Sequence record: NZ_CP104760.1
DNA length: 64,000 bases
DNA from: a plasmid
Strand: one strand, 5' to 3'
Part shown: positions 9,528-19,721 of the stretch, piece by piece
Layout: the number at the start of each line of letters is the position of its first letter
Position numbering within the stretch: position 1 is the first letter of the stretch
Made by a program: the position numbers and the translations under genes
The notes under the pieces: model-generated
Database searches by the model: none
What the model was told of the DNA's origin: nothing
Seen by the model: the letters and a program-made list of their open reading frames with translations, nothing else

Positions 9528-11717
9528 TCAGAACACCACAGAATAATTGAGACCAAAGGTTCGGCCACGGCCCTTATAGGTATAAAGGCCTGCATCGCCA
9601 TAGGTCGGGCTGTAAAGCCCCGGCGCTCGCTGACCCCATACCGTGGTGTAATCCTTATCCAGCAGGTTCTCTACGCTGAAGCTGAGTTTTCCGACCGGCA
9701 GAGCGTAGCTTCCCAGGAAATCAACGGTGTTATAGCCATCGATTTTTTTCCCATCAGCGTCGGTGAGATCAAAGGTTTGCGTGCTCTGGACGCGCAGATT
9801 CCAGTCGCCCGGCGCCCAGTTCAGCCAGGCGCTGACTTTAGATGGGCTGGCGCTGTCTATTGTCAGCTTCTCCCATTTATCCTCTACGCGCGTTTCCGAT
9901 TTGATGATATTGAAGTTAGAGCCGGTGCTCCATTCGCTGTCGTCAAAGAAATAATCAACCTGTCCCTCAACGCCATAAATGCGACGCTTGTCGTCATCCA
10001 GATTAATGGTCATGTCGGTTTTATTGATACTGATGGTTTTATCTGAGAGCGAATAATAGGCCGCGAGCTGGGTGCGCAGGTTATCCCCGGTAAAGCGCCA
10101 GCCTAGCTCATAAGAATCAACTTTAATCCCATCCAGTCTGGAATCATTCACGTTAACGCTGTTGGTGAGGTTGTAATGGCCGTTAGCTAACCGGTAGGTG
10201 CCTGAGCCGTAATATTTTGCCAGGTCCGGGATTTCAAAGCCCTGCGAGAAGTTAAACCATACCTGCTGGCGCTCGGTCAGACGTCCCAGAATGCCGGCAT
10301 TGAACAGCAGATTATTGTAGTCAGTTGAACCGCCAGGAACTGCATCCGCCGACCTCGCCTGGCCGGTGGCGATCGCCTGCTGCTGCGCATAGCCAACAAA
10401 GTCGTCTACCTTGTTTTTCGTATACTGATAGCGAACGCCGCCGCTTAGCGTGATGGCATCGATGTCGTAGCTGGACTGCAGGAATGGCGCGAGGTTGGTA
10501 ATGCTGTAGCCCGGATAGCGCCCGACATTATAGGCATTTTTCAGCGTCATCCCGCCGCTTTGCGCAGCCGTGTTCAGGTCAAAGAATTGCTGGTTAGCGT
10601 CAAAGGTTTCATGATCGACGTCGACACCGTAAGTCAGCGACAGAGAGTCGACCGGTTTACTGTTAATGGTCAATTTGCCGCCATAAAAATCGGTTTTTTG
10701 CTGCGAGGCGCCGATGCTGGTGACGCGATTGCGGCTGAGGGTAGGGAAAGGGTAGAAGCTCAGGTTTTCGTCACGATAGTAAACCTGTGCCACCAGATCC
10801 TGACCCATAAAATCGGTATTGGAATACTGCAGGTTAATCAGATGGCGCTCGGTTCCAGGCAGACGGTCAGAGTCGAGACTGCCAGAATTGTGGGCGTTGC
10901 CGGAGCCGGTTACGGCCGAGAAGTTCTCGCCCAGATAAAGCCCGTGTTTGCCGTCTGATTCGCTTTTGAAGTACTGCGTGGTCAGCTGCAGCTGCTGGTT
11001 CTCATCAATATTGAGCGTGCCGGTGCCCATAATATCCAGGCGATCGGAGTACTGCAGCCCGGTCTGGGTATTATCGATGATCGCCTCATTGCCTTTGCCA
11101 TCATACCAGCCGCCATAGCGCTGATAGGCAACCGACAGGCGGCCCGCAGCCTTGTCGTCGCCGCCGCTCACGGCAGCGGCAATATTTTCATCACGATCGT
11201 TATGGCTGTTGAACCCGCTCTTAAACCCGGTTTGCAGTTCCGCTTCTGTTCCCGCCTGGCCTTTTTTAGTGACGATGTTAATCAAGCCGCCGGTACTGCC
11301 GCCGCCGTAGAGCGAGGTTGCGCCTGAAATCACCTCAATACGTTCGATATTAAAGGGATCGATCGCGTCCAGCTGGCGGCTGTCGCTGCGCGATGAGTTG
11401 AGGCGAACGCCGTCCACCATCACCATCATCGAGCGACCGCGCATGTTCATGCCGTAGTTCGTTCGCCCCTGACTGCTGACGTCCATGCCTGGAATAAGCT
11501 GCGCCAGCACCTCCTTCAACTCTTTACCGCCCTGAACCTGCTGCTCAATCTCAGCCTGCTCAATGATCCAAGTGGTTTGCGCCATCTCCGCCACGCTGCG
11601 ATGCGTGCGGCTGGCGGAGACGACCATCTGTTCTTCTTTTGGCTCTTCAGCCCAGGCGCTGGAAGAGAGCATTGCGAGTAAACAAGGATTTAAAACCCAC
11701 AGATACGGCTGTTTCAT
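9528..11717 (-). CDS. iutA: TonB-dependent ferric-aerobactin outer membrane receptor
   Basis: 729 aa with a signal peptide and a TonB box. Long blocks are near-identical to the E. coli IutA sequence recalled from memory (VAEMAQTTW, KELK..LAQLIPG.DVSS, RLNSSR.DSRQLD.IDPFN, the C-terminal RGRTFGLNYSV.F beta-barrel terminus). Confidence 0.92.
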   Translation of the reverse strand: MKQPYLWVLNPCLLAMLSSSAWAEEPKEEQMVVSASRTHRSVAEMAQTTWIIEQAEIEQQVQGGKELKEVLAQLIPGMDVSSQGRTNYGMNMRGRSMMVMVDGVRLNSSRSDSRQLDAIDPFNIERIEVISGATSLYGGGSTGGLINIVTKKGQAGTEAELQTGFKSGFNSHNDRDENIAAAVSGGDDKAAGRLSVAYQRYGGWYDGKGNEAIIDNTQTGLQYSDRLDIMGTGTLNIDENQQLQLTTQYFKSESDGKHGLYLGENFSAVTGSGNAHNSGSLDSDRLPGTERHLINLQYSNTDFMGQDLVAQVYYRDENLSFYPFPTLSRNRVTSIGASQQKTDFYGGKLTINSKPVDSLSLTYGVDVDHETFDANQQFFDLNTAAQSGGMTLKNAYNVGRYPGYSITNLAPFLQSSYDIDAITLSGGVRYQYTKNKVDDFVGYAQQQAIATGQARSADAVPGGSTDYNNLLFNAGILGRLTERQQVWFNFSQGFEIPDLAKYYGSGTYRLANGHYNLTNSVNVNDSRLDGIKVDSYELGWRFTGDNLRTQLAAYYSLSDKTISINKTDMTINLDDDKRRIYGVEGQVDYFFDDSEWSTGSNFNIIKSETRVEDKWEKLTIDSASPSKVSAWLNWAPGDWNLRVQSTQTFDLTDADGKKIDGYNTVDFLGSYALPVGKLSFSVENLLDKDYTTVWGQRAPGLYSPTYGDAGLYTYKGRGRTFGLNYSVVF

Positions 11718-11739
11718 TTGTTATTTTTTTCCGATGAAT

Positions 11740-13065
11740 TTAATACTGAAATGAATTAACGGATTGTTGATGATCCTGTTCGTGCTGCTCCGGCTGCTGT
11801 GTACGCCAGTGGATCACGCCAGGGGTGGTGGTCAGCTCGAAGGGCGCTTCCGGGTGCGCGCGATTGAGAATGCGGGCGGCACGCCAGGCCATCAGGCTGA
11901 GCTGGGGTTCAGCAATGCCAAGGCGCTGCATCCCGGCATTGACGGCAAAAAGGCAATTACTTTCCGGCCCGTCCCAGTTAAGGGTGAAATCAGTGTTGAT
12001 CTGGAAATTTTCGTCGCGGTCCAGCGGCAGGCGGTGCGCGACTGGCGCCAGGAAGGCTGGGCGCACAGCGCGGTAGCCGGTAGCAAAAATCACCACATCC
12101 GTTATCAGCTCCTCTTCTCCGCTGTCGAGGTGATGACGCAGCCCCAGCCGCTGCGCATCCTGTTCCTGCTGAAGAGAGATAACCGAACGTGACGGCATCA
12201 GACGCGCCCACGGCTGCTCGCGCAGCACTTCAAACCGGTGATACATCGCCCGATAGATGGCGAGAAGCGACTCGCTGGTAATGCCGTCTGACGTCATCTT
12301 CTGTTCGTTCAACATCTGCTGACGTGCGCTTTCGTCCAGAGTCGAGAAGCTTTCCAGATATTCCGGCGTGAAATACTCATTGGCAAAGGCGGCTTCATCC
12401 AGCGCGTTGTAGTTGTTGCGGCGCGATACCCAGTTCAGTGAGGCGGGCTGGCCCCACTCGCCGCGGAAGATATTGAGGAAAAGATCGGCTCCGCTCTGTC
12501 CTCCGCCGACAAGAGTGACGCGCTTATTTCTCAGGTCTGGCTTGCGCAGCATCATCTCGCTGGCGTGGAAGCAGCGATCGCTCTGTTCAGTGACGCACGC
12601 TGGCAGACTGGCCTGTTTGCCAATGCCAAGGCATATATGTCGCGCCTGAAAACGGTCGTGGGCGGTTTCGACCGTGAACAGCCGGGTCACGTCGTTAAAA
12701 CTTACGCGCGTTACCGGCTGGTTAAATGCCAGATTGCTGAGACGCTTCGCCACCCAGGCAAGGTAATCCGCAAACTCCTCTCTGGACACCGTACGCTGTT
12801 CAGTGGTCAAGAAGCGGTAGAATTTTTTCCGCTGTACCAGATAGTTAACAAAGCTATAGCGGTTCGTCGGCTCAACTGCGCTCACCAGATCTTTGAGAAA
12901 GCAGGTTTGCATCGCGCAGTCTGGCACCATCATGCCCGGATGCCAGGCGAAGTGGGGCTTACGCTCAAGAAACAGCGAGCTAAAACCTTCCAGTCCTTCA
13001 GCCAGAGCGGCAACGCTGAGGTTGAACGGTCCGATGCCGATGCCAATGAAATCATATACCTTCAT
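11740..13065 (-). CDS. iucD: L-lysine N6-monooxygenase (aerobactin biosynthesis)
   Basis: N-terminal FAD-binding DFIGIGIGPFNLS, NADPH site VVGGGQSGADLF, and blocks shared with E. coli IucD (MTSDGIT, PQLSLMAWR.ARILNR). Confidence 0.92.
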   Translation of the reverse strand: MKVYDFIGIGIGPFNLSVAALAEGLEGFSSLFLERKPHFAWHPGMMVPDCAMQTCFLKDLVSAVEPTNRYSFVNYLVQRKKFYRFLTTEQRTVSREEFADYLAWVAKRLSNLAFNQPVTRVSFNDVTRLFTVETAHDRFQARHICLGIGKQASLPACVTEQSDRCFHASEMMLRKPDLRNKRVTLVGGGQSGADLFLNIFRGEWGQPASLNWVSRRNNYNALDEAAFANEYFTPEYLESFSTLDESARQQMLNEQKMTSDGITSESLLAIYRAMYHRFEVLREQPWARLMPSRSVISLQQEQDAQRLGLRHHLDSGEEELITDVVIFATGYRAVRPAFLAPVAHRLPLDRDENFQINTDFTLNWDGPESNCLFAVNAGMQRLGIAEPQLSLMAWRAARILNRAHPEAPFELTTTPGVIHWRTQQPEQHEQDHQQSVNSFQY

Positions 13066-14789
13066 TTTGCAGACTCCTGGGTGACCAGATAGAGAGGGTT
13101 ATCAAGATCGGTGAGATAGTCAGGCAGCATTCGGCTGCCGCCGTCATGCTCTGAGAAAGTCAGCTTTACCGGATTGAGGATGACGCGGATGATCTGTGGC
13201 CTGAACAGGTCAAACATAGCGAAGCGCTCGGCCATCTCCGGGTGTTGCGCCATGTACTGCTGAACCGTGCTGGCGAGCAGGCGGTAGAAATGGGGTTCGT
13301 CGATGCCCGACTGCAGCGTGAGACGAGAGATAAAGCGCAGCACGGTGACAAAATGTCCGGTCTGCAGGTCGTGAATAAGATAGTCGGCGCTGAGGCGCGC
13401 GGTGACATCCTTAACGGCGGCGGGCAGCGACGCCGCTTCCGGAAAATCTTTATCAACGAGGCGCATATCGCCCTGAAAATCCTTGAGCAGAATGCGCTGC
13501 GGTATAGCGTCCTTCATCACCAGCGTGACGTTCTGACCATGCGCAATAAGCGCCACGCCGTAGCGACACATCAGGTGATAGAAGGGGATCACGACCGCTT
13601 CAAACATCCGGCTAAGCCAGCTTGCCGCATCCAGACCCGAGCGTTTGATCCAGGCGTCAATCAGCGGACGGCCGGCGTTATCCGTTTCCATCAGCGCCGC
13701 CATCAGCACGGCCTGCTCGCCCGGCTGCAGATAGCAGCAAGGGTTTTCGCGCCAGATAACGCCGAGCATCTCCTGGTAGCGATACGGCGCTTCAGGTAGC
13801 GCGGCATAGCCTTCGTGGGATAAATAGCCTGCGGCAGGCTCCGCCAGAATCTGGGCGCCCGTCGCGCGTAGCGTTTTATCCTGAGCGAACTGCGTCTTTA
13901 ACCAGCCGGATGCCAGCGGCCCAGCGGCGATATACTTTCCAGGGATGCCGCGATAGCAGGAGGTGTTGTAGATTGTCAGCGGCAGTTTGATATCGAACCG
14001 CGCCGGTCGGCTAACGTTGGTCAGCGTGCGCAGCGACTGCTGGGCCAGATAGTGGTCACCGAAGGCACCCAGCTCAACCATCTCTCCGCGTGCCAGATAA
14101 GGCAGAAAATGAATCGCGATTTTTTGCTGCCACTGCCAGGGGTGGACGGGCACTGCGATCCAGTTTTCGTCGAGTCCGGCTGACTGCCAGCGCTGATGAA
14201 AACGCGTTAACTCCGCGTCATTCATGGCACTGGCGATCAAGGCAGAGATGTCGCACGCCTCATCGTGGCGCCAGATAAATTTATCCCGTCGAACCGCTAT
14301 CCAGTGCAGGCGAAACCGGTTCCCATACTCCGGCGCATAGGCGCGCAGGGCATCCAGTCCCCAGCCGCGGCGGCCTTTGTTGAAGATAAACTTTGGATGC
14401 CCGCTGAGCAGGCACTGCAGCTCATCCGGATCACGATCAATCAGATCGTCCGCGCTCAGGGAGTGGCGCGCTTCCAGCAGCTGTAAATCGCCGCGCAGCG
14501 TGGCGTAGAGATCTTCCAGATGCTCTGCCGTCTGGGCATCGCTCATCTCCAGCACGACGGCCAGCTGACGCAGCAGCGCGTCAGCGTCCATCTGCCCGCC
14601 GCGTAGAGAACCGGCATCGATGTGTAGCCAGCCCCAGATGCTGCGGCTGGCCGTAAATTCCCAGCGTGCCGCGCCAACGGCGATTTCCCAGCGTCCTGCT
14701 TTTTTTTCCACCGCGCGCAACGCCTGCTCGTACTCAAGCTCGGCGAGCATTTTGGCAATCATGTCGCGATTAACGCGTTCCCACATCAT
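13062..14789 (-). CDS. iucC: Aerobactin synthase (NIS synthetase, IucA/IucC family)
   Basis: 575 aa IucA/IucC-family protein located between iucB and iucD. Overlaps iucD by 4 nt. Confidence 0.9.
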   Translation of the reverse strand: MMWERVNRDMIAKMLAELEYEQALRAVEKKAGRWEIAVGAARWEFTASRSIWGWLHIDAGSLRGGQMDADALLRQLAVVLEMSDAQTAEHLEDLYATLRGDLQLLEARHSLSADDLIDRDPDELQCLLSGHPKFIFNKGRRGWGLDALRAYAPEYGNRFRLHWIAVRRDKFIWRHDEACDISALIASAMNDAELTRFHQRWQSAGLDENWIAVPVHPWQWQQKIAIHFLPYLARGEMVELGAFGDHYLAQQSLRTLTNVSRPARFDIKLPLTIYNTSCYRGIPGKYIAAGPLASGWLKTQFAQDKTLRATGAQILAEPAAGYLSHEGYAALPEAPYRYQEMLGVIWRENPCCYLQPGEQAVLMAALMETDNAGRPLIDAWIKRSGLDAASWLSRMFEAVVIPFYHLMCRYGVALIAHGQNVTLVMKDAIPQRILLKDFQGDMRLVDKDFPEAASLPAAVKDVTARLSADYLIHDLQTGHFVTVLRFISRLTLQSGIDEPHFYRLLASTVQQYMAQHPEMAERFAMFDLFRPQIIRVILNPVKLTFSEHDGGSRMLPDYLTDLDNPLYLVTQESAK

Positions 14790-15736
14790 AAGCCCACCTC
14801 CGTGAAGAACCGGCTACGCTCGCTCATCACCAGGCGGGAGCGCTTGTGTGGAAAATCGAACTCTTTAAGGGTGTGGTAACCAGCAACGGGCAGGTGCCGG
14901 AACAGACGCTGATTGTCGTAACGCGGTTCAGCGACGATGCGCTGCGTACGGGGTTCGTCGAGGAATAAACAGTGTGTCAGCCCGCGAAGCCAGCTGCGGA
15001 TAAAGTGCGCGCCACGCCACGCCTCTTCGCCAACCAGCATATGCAGGCCGCGATCGTAAGGGTGCCAGCGGTAGTGGCGGCCGATGCGATCTTCCGCCGC
15101 CCAGTAAATTTCAAAATAGCCAAACGGCTCATCGTCGAAACAGCCAATCACGGGGTAGCAGTAAGAGGCGTCGAGCTGTTTGCGCAGGTAATTTTCCAGC
15201 TCCTGCTGTGGCGCCGCCATTTCCCAGAAGGCGTTGACGCGCGGCGTGTTCATCCAGCGGGTAAAGCGCGCGGCGTCCTCCGCCACGTCAGCGACGCGAA
15301 AGCTGAGCGTCCGTTTAATCTGCGGATCGTAACGTCGATATATTTCACCGTCTGGTCTTGCCGGACGCACCGGATAACAGAGCTGACGATCGTCATCGAA
15401 CTGCATTTTCCCGCTGGCAACCGGCTGCTCGCCGCAGCGCCAGAGCGGCAGCTGCCAGAAGGACTCGCGTGAAAAGTAATCGCTGTTGACGGCATCGAAA
15501 AGCCTCTGCGCCTGAGGCTCATGCCGCCACTGCGCCCAGGGGAGATGAATGCCGCTCAGGTGCGGCGCGGCGACCAGCAGCTGATCGATCGCCTCTGCAA
15601 GCCAGCCGTCCGGGAGGGCCGTTATGAACTGCAGCGAGGCGCTATTATCCAGCCCAAGCAGTAGCGGCAAGGTCTGTCCGGTAAGCGCGCACCGGAAACC
15701 CTGATCGCCATGAACGATATTCGCCTTTGGCATCAC
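14786..15736 (-). CDS. iucB: N6-hydroxylysine O-acetyltransferase
   Basis: 316 aa in the canonical position between iucA and iucC. Overlaps both neighbours by 4 nt. Confidence 0.9.
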   Translation of the reverse strand: MMPKANIVHGDQGFRCALTGQTLPLLLGLDNSASLQFITALPDGWLAEAIDQLLVAAPHLSGIHLPWAQWRHEPQAQRLFDAVNSDYFSRESFWQLPLWRCGEQPVASGKMQFDDDRQLCYPVRPARPDGEIYRRYDPQIKRTLSFRVADVAEDAARFTRWMNTPRVNAFWEMAAPQQELENYLRKQLDASYCYPVIGCFDDEPFGYFEIYWAAEDRIGRHYRWHPYDRGLHMLVGEEAWRGAHFIRSWLRGLTHCLFLDEPRTQRIVAEPRYDNQRLFRHLPVAGYHTLKEFDFPHKRSRLVMSERSRFFTEVGL

Positions 15737-17475
15737 GCCTTCTCCCTGTAAAACGGATTCTGGAAATCGAAGTAGATCACTGCCGGATCGGCAAGGGTGT
15801 TTTCATTGCGATCGTGGAGATAACAAAAGAAGTTGCCTTTGCAGTTCCAGTATCTGTTGTCGAGCACGTAATCGAGGCAGCGGGTATCGCTGACGCGGCT
15901 GCGCAACTCCGCCAGTCTGTCGCGCACCAGCGACATAAGACGCGCTTCTGTTTCAAAGCCCGCCGCGCCCAGCGCAGCGGTGACGGCCAGCGTCGAGTTA
16001 ACCAGCAGGTAATAGGGGAAGTAGCGCAGAACCTGCTCGCGGCTGAAGCGATTTTCTGCATCGGCTTCGTCAATTTGAGTGAGCCAGTCGCCGGCGTTTT
16101 CAGTGAAGCCGCTTCCCTGACAGTCGCGATAGAGCAGCCCAACCGGCAAATCCTGCTGCATTTCCACCAGGATGTTTTGCTGATGCGCCAGCAGGACCAG
16201 ACCGTAATCCGCTTCTGTGCCGAACAACGGCAGCAGTACACGATCGCAGTAGGCGGTCAGCCAGCATTGCGCCGCCTGGCTTAACGTCAGCCCAAGCCGG
16301 ACGCTGAGCCTTCTGACCGCCGCCGCCAGCAGGCTCTCTCCGCCGTCAGGCGCAGCCTGCGTCAGGCTGACCAGCACGTTAGTCTGCGTTTCCGGGGTAT
16401 CGAAGAGGAGATTCACGCGAAACGCCATCAGGCTCTCCTCCTGAATCGCGCCATCGACCGAGCGCAGCCCGGCCCAGCCATCCTCCTGCATAACGCGCAT
16501 CGCTGGATATTGCATCTGCAGCGCCTGCCAGCGTGGCGTCTGGGCCAGACGGGCAAGACGCATTCCACGTTTCACCTCTTTCACCGACAGGGTGCGCACG
16601 GAATTGGTCAGGCGCACGCTAAGCGAGAATTTGATCATGTCGTTGCTGGAGGGGGAATAAAGCGAACGCGATGAGCTGGTGGGCAGCCAGGCGTTCCCGG
16701 CTTCCCCTAAATCGATCACCGCGCCGTTAGTCACCAGCTGCTGACACCAGCCCTGCGATAACAGATGTCGGGCCTGCCAGGGATGCATGGGGATCAGCCA
16801 GCGCGTGTCCGTAAACTGGCTCAGCAGCGCGGGCGCGCTCTGTGCGGCAAAGCGCAATAAGCGGGCGCGCAGCGATAAGCCGAGGCTTTCGCCAGCAATA
16901 TACTGGCAGTCGACGGAGAGCCAGTGCAGCGGGAAGTCTGAACCGAAATCAGGCAGATAGCGGCGGGCTTCCGACGCATCGAAGGGCTCGTGCGATTTTG
17001 GGGCAGGGTGGAAGGCGTGCCCCACCAGAAGCGCCTGTTCCGCTTCAGCAAATGAGAGCGGCCTTTGTCGTAACGCAGGCCAGCGATGTCGCAGAGTGAT
17101 CGCCTGCCAGGTGTTCGCATGGCTTTGCGAGACGCGCTGTTGAAACCGTTCGATGACCTCACTGTCCAGCTCGGCCCGAATAGCTGGCTTTGCCAGGATC
17201 AGGGAGAGCAGGGTTTCAAAGCTGACGGCTTTGCCCTCCGGCGACCCCGGGCTGATGAACAGGGCGGGAAACTGATAGTGATGGTGCTGAGTGGGTGAAA
17301 AATAGCGCAGAGGCAGGCACAGGGCGTGCGACGCCGAAAGCGGCAGGTAAATATGGTGCTTCTGCGCTGGCGGCGCGTCTGGAACATACTTCCAGTCACC
17401 CGTTTCCCGGAAAAGCGCATTAAGAAAACACTGCGCCGCCACGTCAACGCCAGCCATCTGAGAAAGAGAATCCAT
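15733..17475 (-). CDS. iucA: NIS synthetase IucA (N2-citryl-N6-acetyl-N6-hydroxylysine synthase)
   Basis: 580 aa. Its N-terminal block VDVAAQCFLN..RET.DW matches IucA. It is the first gene of the operon, immediately downstream of the Fur boxes. Confidence 0.9.
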   Translation of the reverse strand: MDSLSQMAGVDVAAQCFLNALFRETGDWKYVPDAPPAQKHHIYLPLSASHALCLPLRYFSPTQHHHYQFPALFISPGSPEGKAVSFETLLSLILAKPAIRAELDSEVIERFQQRVSQSHANTWQAITLRHRWPALRQRPLSFAEAEQALLVGHAFHPAPKSHEPFDASEARRYLPDFGSDFPLHWLSVDCQYIAGESLGLSLRARLLRFAAQSAPALLSQFTDTRWLIPMHPWQARHLLSQGWCQQLVTNGAVIDLGEAGNAWLPTSSSRSLYSPSSNDMIKFSLSVRLTNSVRTLSVKEVKRGMRLARLAQTPRWQALQMQYPAMRVMQEDGWAGLRSVDGAIQEESLMAFRVNLLFDTPETQTNVLVSLTQAAPDGGESLLAAAVRRLSVRLGLTLSQAAQCWLTAYCDRVLLPLFGTEADYGLVLLAHQQNILVEMQQDLPVGLLYRDCQGSGFTENAGDWLTQIDEADAENRFSREQVLRYFPYYLLVNSTLAVTAALGAAGFETEARLMSLVRDRLAELRSRVSDTRCLDYVLDNRYWNCKGNFFCYLHDRNENTLADPAVIYFDFQNPFYREKA

Positions 17476-17495
17476 TAGTCAGTCTCACTGAATAA

Positions 17496-17531
17496 ATGAT
17501 AATGATTATCGTTATAATAATTATTTCATTT
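17496..17531 (-). promoter_or_regulatory. Fur box(es) in the iucA promoter, within the shiF-iucA divergent intergenic region
   Basis: The sequence aaatGATAATGATTATCGTTATaataattatttcatt matches the 19-bp Fur consensus GATAATGATAATCATTATC at 16/19 positions and is followed by a second AT-rich hexamer-repeat site, as in the pColV aerobactin promoter. It lies 20-55 bp upstream of the iucA start codon. Confidence 0.6.
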
Positions 17532-17639
17532 ACAATGGCAACTAATTTTGCAATATTTGCATACATATCATGTCAGGTATACCCCTGTTTTTAACGGTGT
17601 CTTTACATTTATGCGTCAGTTACCTCAAAACTGCTTAAT

Positions 17640-18818
17640 ATGAAAGCGTCAGGAAAATCGAGCTGGCCTCTGGCTTTCTGTGCCGGTTTACTGGGGATTG
17701 GTCAGAATGGCTTACTGGTCGTGCTGCCCCAGCTGGTTGATATGACGGGCCTGACGCTCTCGACCTGGGCAGGCCTGTTGATGTTTGGTTCGATGTTGTT
17801 TTTGCCCGCCTCTCCGTGGTGGGGGCGCGTCTCTGAAGTGAAGGGCTGTAAGTTTGTCGTGGTGGTTTCGCTGGCAGGCTATTTGCTGAGCTTTGGCGTG
17901 ATGGCGTTGATGGTATGGCTGATGGCCGAAAGAGAGGCGGGAATCTATGCAGGGCTTGCGGGCCTGATCCTTTCGCGCGTGATTTATGGCCTGACCGTCT
18001 CGGGTATGGTCCCCGCCGCGCAAACCTGGGCAATGCAGCGCGCGGGAACGGATAAGCGTATGGCTGCGCTGGCGGTTATCAGCTCCGGCCTGAGCTGTGG
18101 AAGATTGCTGGGGCCGCCTCTGGCCGCGCTTGCTCTTGGCGTTTACCCCATGGCCCCCCTTTGGCTGATGGCCGTCGCGCCACTCTTCGCCTTGATACTT
18201 ATTAGCGGCCAGTATCGCGATCCACCCCTGGCGGCTGTTCCGCATCACTCTGCGCGTTTGCATTCAGGTTTGCTGCCATGTCTGCTGCTGGCCGCGCTGC
18301 TCGCCCTGTGCATCAGCCTGATGCAGATCGGACTGACGCCCATCCTGCGGGGCATTATTGACGCGCCGGCGGCGGTCAGTCGTCACATTGCCTGGCTACT
18401 GAGCCTGGCTGCAGCCAGTACGCTGCTGGCGCAGTTTCTGATCGTAAGGCCGCAGCGGCTAGGCTTACAGCCGCTTCTTTTCACTGCGGCGCTATTGATG
18501 AGCACAGGGCTGGGCATGATGGTTATCGGCAATTTAATGTCGCTTTATGCGGGGATTGCCGTCACCTCCTTCGGCGCCGCTATGGCTACGCCTGCTTATC
18601 AGCTCCTGCTTAACCAGAAACTTTCCCTCGGCAAAGGGGCCGGCCTGATAGCTACCAGCCACACGCTTGGCTATGGCCTGAGCGCCTTGTTGATCCCCTT
18701 TATCACATGGCTATCGGGGCAGAACCACCTGCTGGCGGGCGCATGGATAGCGTCAATGCTGTTCTTTATGATGACCTGCTGGCTGGGATTAACGGCACGC
18801 GCTGAAAGCACGCGCTAA
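17640..18818 (+). CDS. shiF: MFS transporter divergent from iucA (ShiF-like)
   Basis: 392 aa with about 12 TM helices. Its position and divergent orientation relative to iucA match shiF of the Shigella SHI-2 and plasmid aerobactin loci. The symbol is assigned by synteny only. Confidence 0.6.
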   Translation: MKASGKSSWPLAFCAGLLGIGQNGLLVVLPQLVDMTGLTLSTWAGLLMFGSMLFLPASPWWGRVSEVKGCKFVVVVSLAGYLLSFGVMALMVWLMAEREAGIYAGLAGLILSRVIYGLTVSGMVPAAQTWAMQRAGTDKRMAALAVISSGLSCGRLLGPPLAALALGVYPMAPLWLMAVAPLFALILISGQYRDPPLAAVPHHSARLHSGLLPCLLLAALLALCISLMQIGLTPILRGIIDAPAAVSRHIAWLLSLAAASTLLAQFLIVRPQRLGLQPLLFTAALLMSTGLGMMVIGNLMSLYAGIAVTSFGAAMATPAYQLLLNQKLSLGKGAGLIATSHTLGYGLSALLIPFITWLSGQNHLLAGAWIASMLFFMMTCWLGLTARAESTR

Positions 18819-18833
18819 GCGTCAGGAAAAAAT

Positions 18834-19721
18834 ATGTCCATCATTTCAGGTTACCGGTTATTCAACGTCACCCTGCAGCAAAAGAAATGGCTTTCGCCTT
18901 CCCTTGTGCGCTGCGTATTTACGGGAGAAGAGGTGAGGATGATGAAGATGGACGGACCCGATCAACGTATCAAAATTCTCTTTCCGTCGCAGAAGGGGGA
19001 CGCTCCCTCGTTAACGGCACAGTCGCCCTGGCGGGAACAGCTTAAACGCCTTCCGCCAGAGCAAAGGCCCGTTCCGCGCACTTATACGCTTCGCCGCGTC
19101 AACGCAGACCCATGCCAGGCAGAGGTCGAGTTTGTTATTCACGGTACCGACGGGCCTGCTTCGGCCTGGGTCATTCGCGCCATGCCAGGCGATGCTTTGC
19201 AGATGATCGCCCCCAACCAGCAGCACAGCGGCGACAGCGGCGGATATGAATGGAAACCGCATTCCGCAGTCGAGCGCGCGCTGGTGGTTGCCGATGAGAC
19301 AGCGCTGCCAGCGGTGAAGGGGATCCTCAGACAGGTGGCGAAAATGGCATCGCCGCCTGCGCTTCAGATTTTTCAGGAGGTGCCACGCTCAGAGGACCGC
19401 GTCGACTGGCGTGAATATGCGTTTGCGGAGGTATTCTGGCTGCCGCGCGACAGAACCGGGGCGACTCACGGCGCGGCGCTGCTGGCGGCGGTTAAGGCGT
19501 ACGTATCTCTTCCTGACTACGCGCTCACGACTTACCCGAACAAGACGTATGAGGACGAACAGACGATCTTATGGCATGGCGCAGAGAGCGAAAATAACCG
19601 TTTTTATGGCTGGGTGGCTGCGGAGTCATCAGCCGTAAAACATATCCGGCGCTATCTGGTGGGTGAGCGCAAGGTTGCCAGTGAGAACGTCAGCTTTATG
19701 GCCTACTGGAGTAAAAGCTAA
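18834..19721 (+). CDS. Siderophore-interacting protein / ferric-siderophore reductase (ViuB/YqjH family, FAD-binding)
   Basis: 295 aa with RPVPRTYTLRR-type FAD-binding beta-barrel signatures and an NAD(P)-binding C-terminal half. Lies 16 bp after the MFS gene. Confidence 0.7.
   Translation: MSIISGYRLFNVTLQQKKWLSPSLVRCVFTGEEVRMMKMDGPDQRIKILFPSQKGDAPSLTAQSPWREQLKRLPPEQRPVPRTYTLRRVNADPCQAEVEFVIHGTDGPASAWVIRAMPGDALQMIAPNQQHSGDSGGYEWKPHSAVERALVVADETALPAVKGILRQVAKMASPPALQIFQEVPRSEDRVDWREYAFAEVFWLPRDRTGATHGAALLAAVKAYVSLPDYALTTYPNKTYEDEQTILWHGAESENNRFYGWVAAESSAVKHIRRYLVGERKVASENVSFMAYWSKS

Noticed and set aside
12565-13092. 175-aa plus-strand ORF overlapping iucD/iucC, plus similar 142-aa and 185-aa ORFs at 11764..12192 and 13242..13799
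   Set aside because: They lie entirely within the conserved aerobactin genes on the opposite strand and have no motifs, so they are antisense artefacts.
17712-18263. 183-aa ORF antisense to the shiF-like MFS gene
   Set aside because: Arg/Gln/His-rich low-complexity translation inside a clear 12-TM transporter gene.
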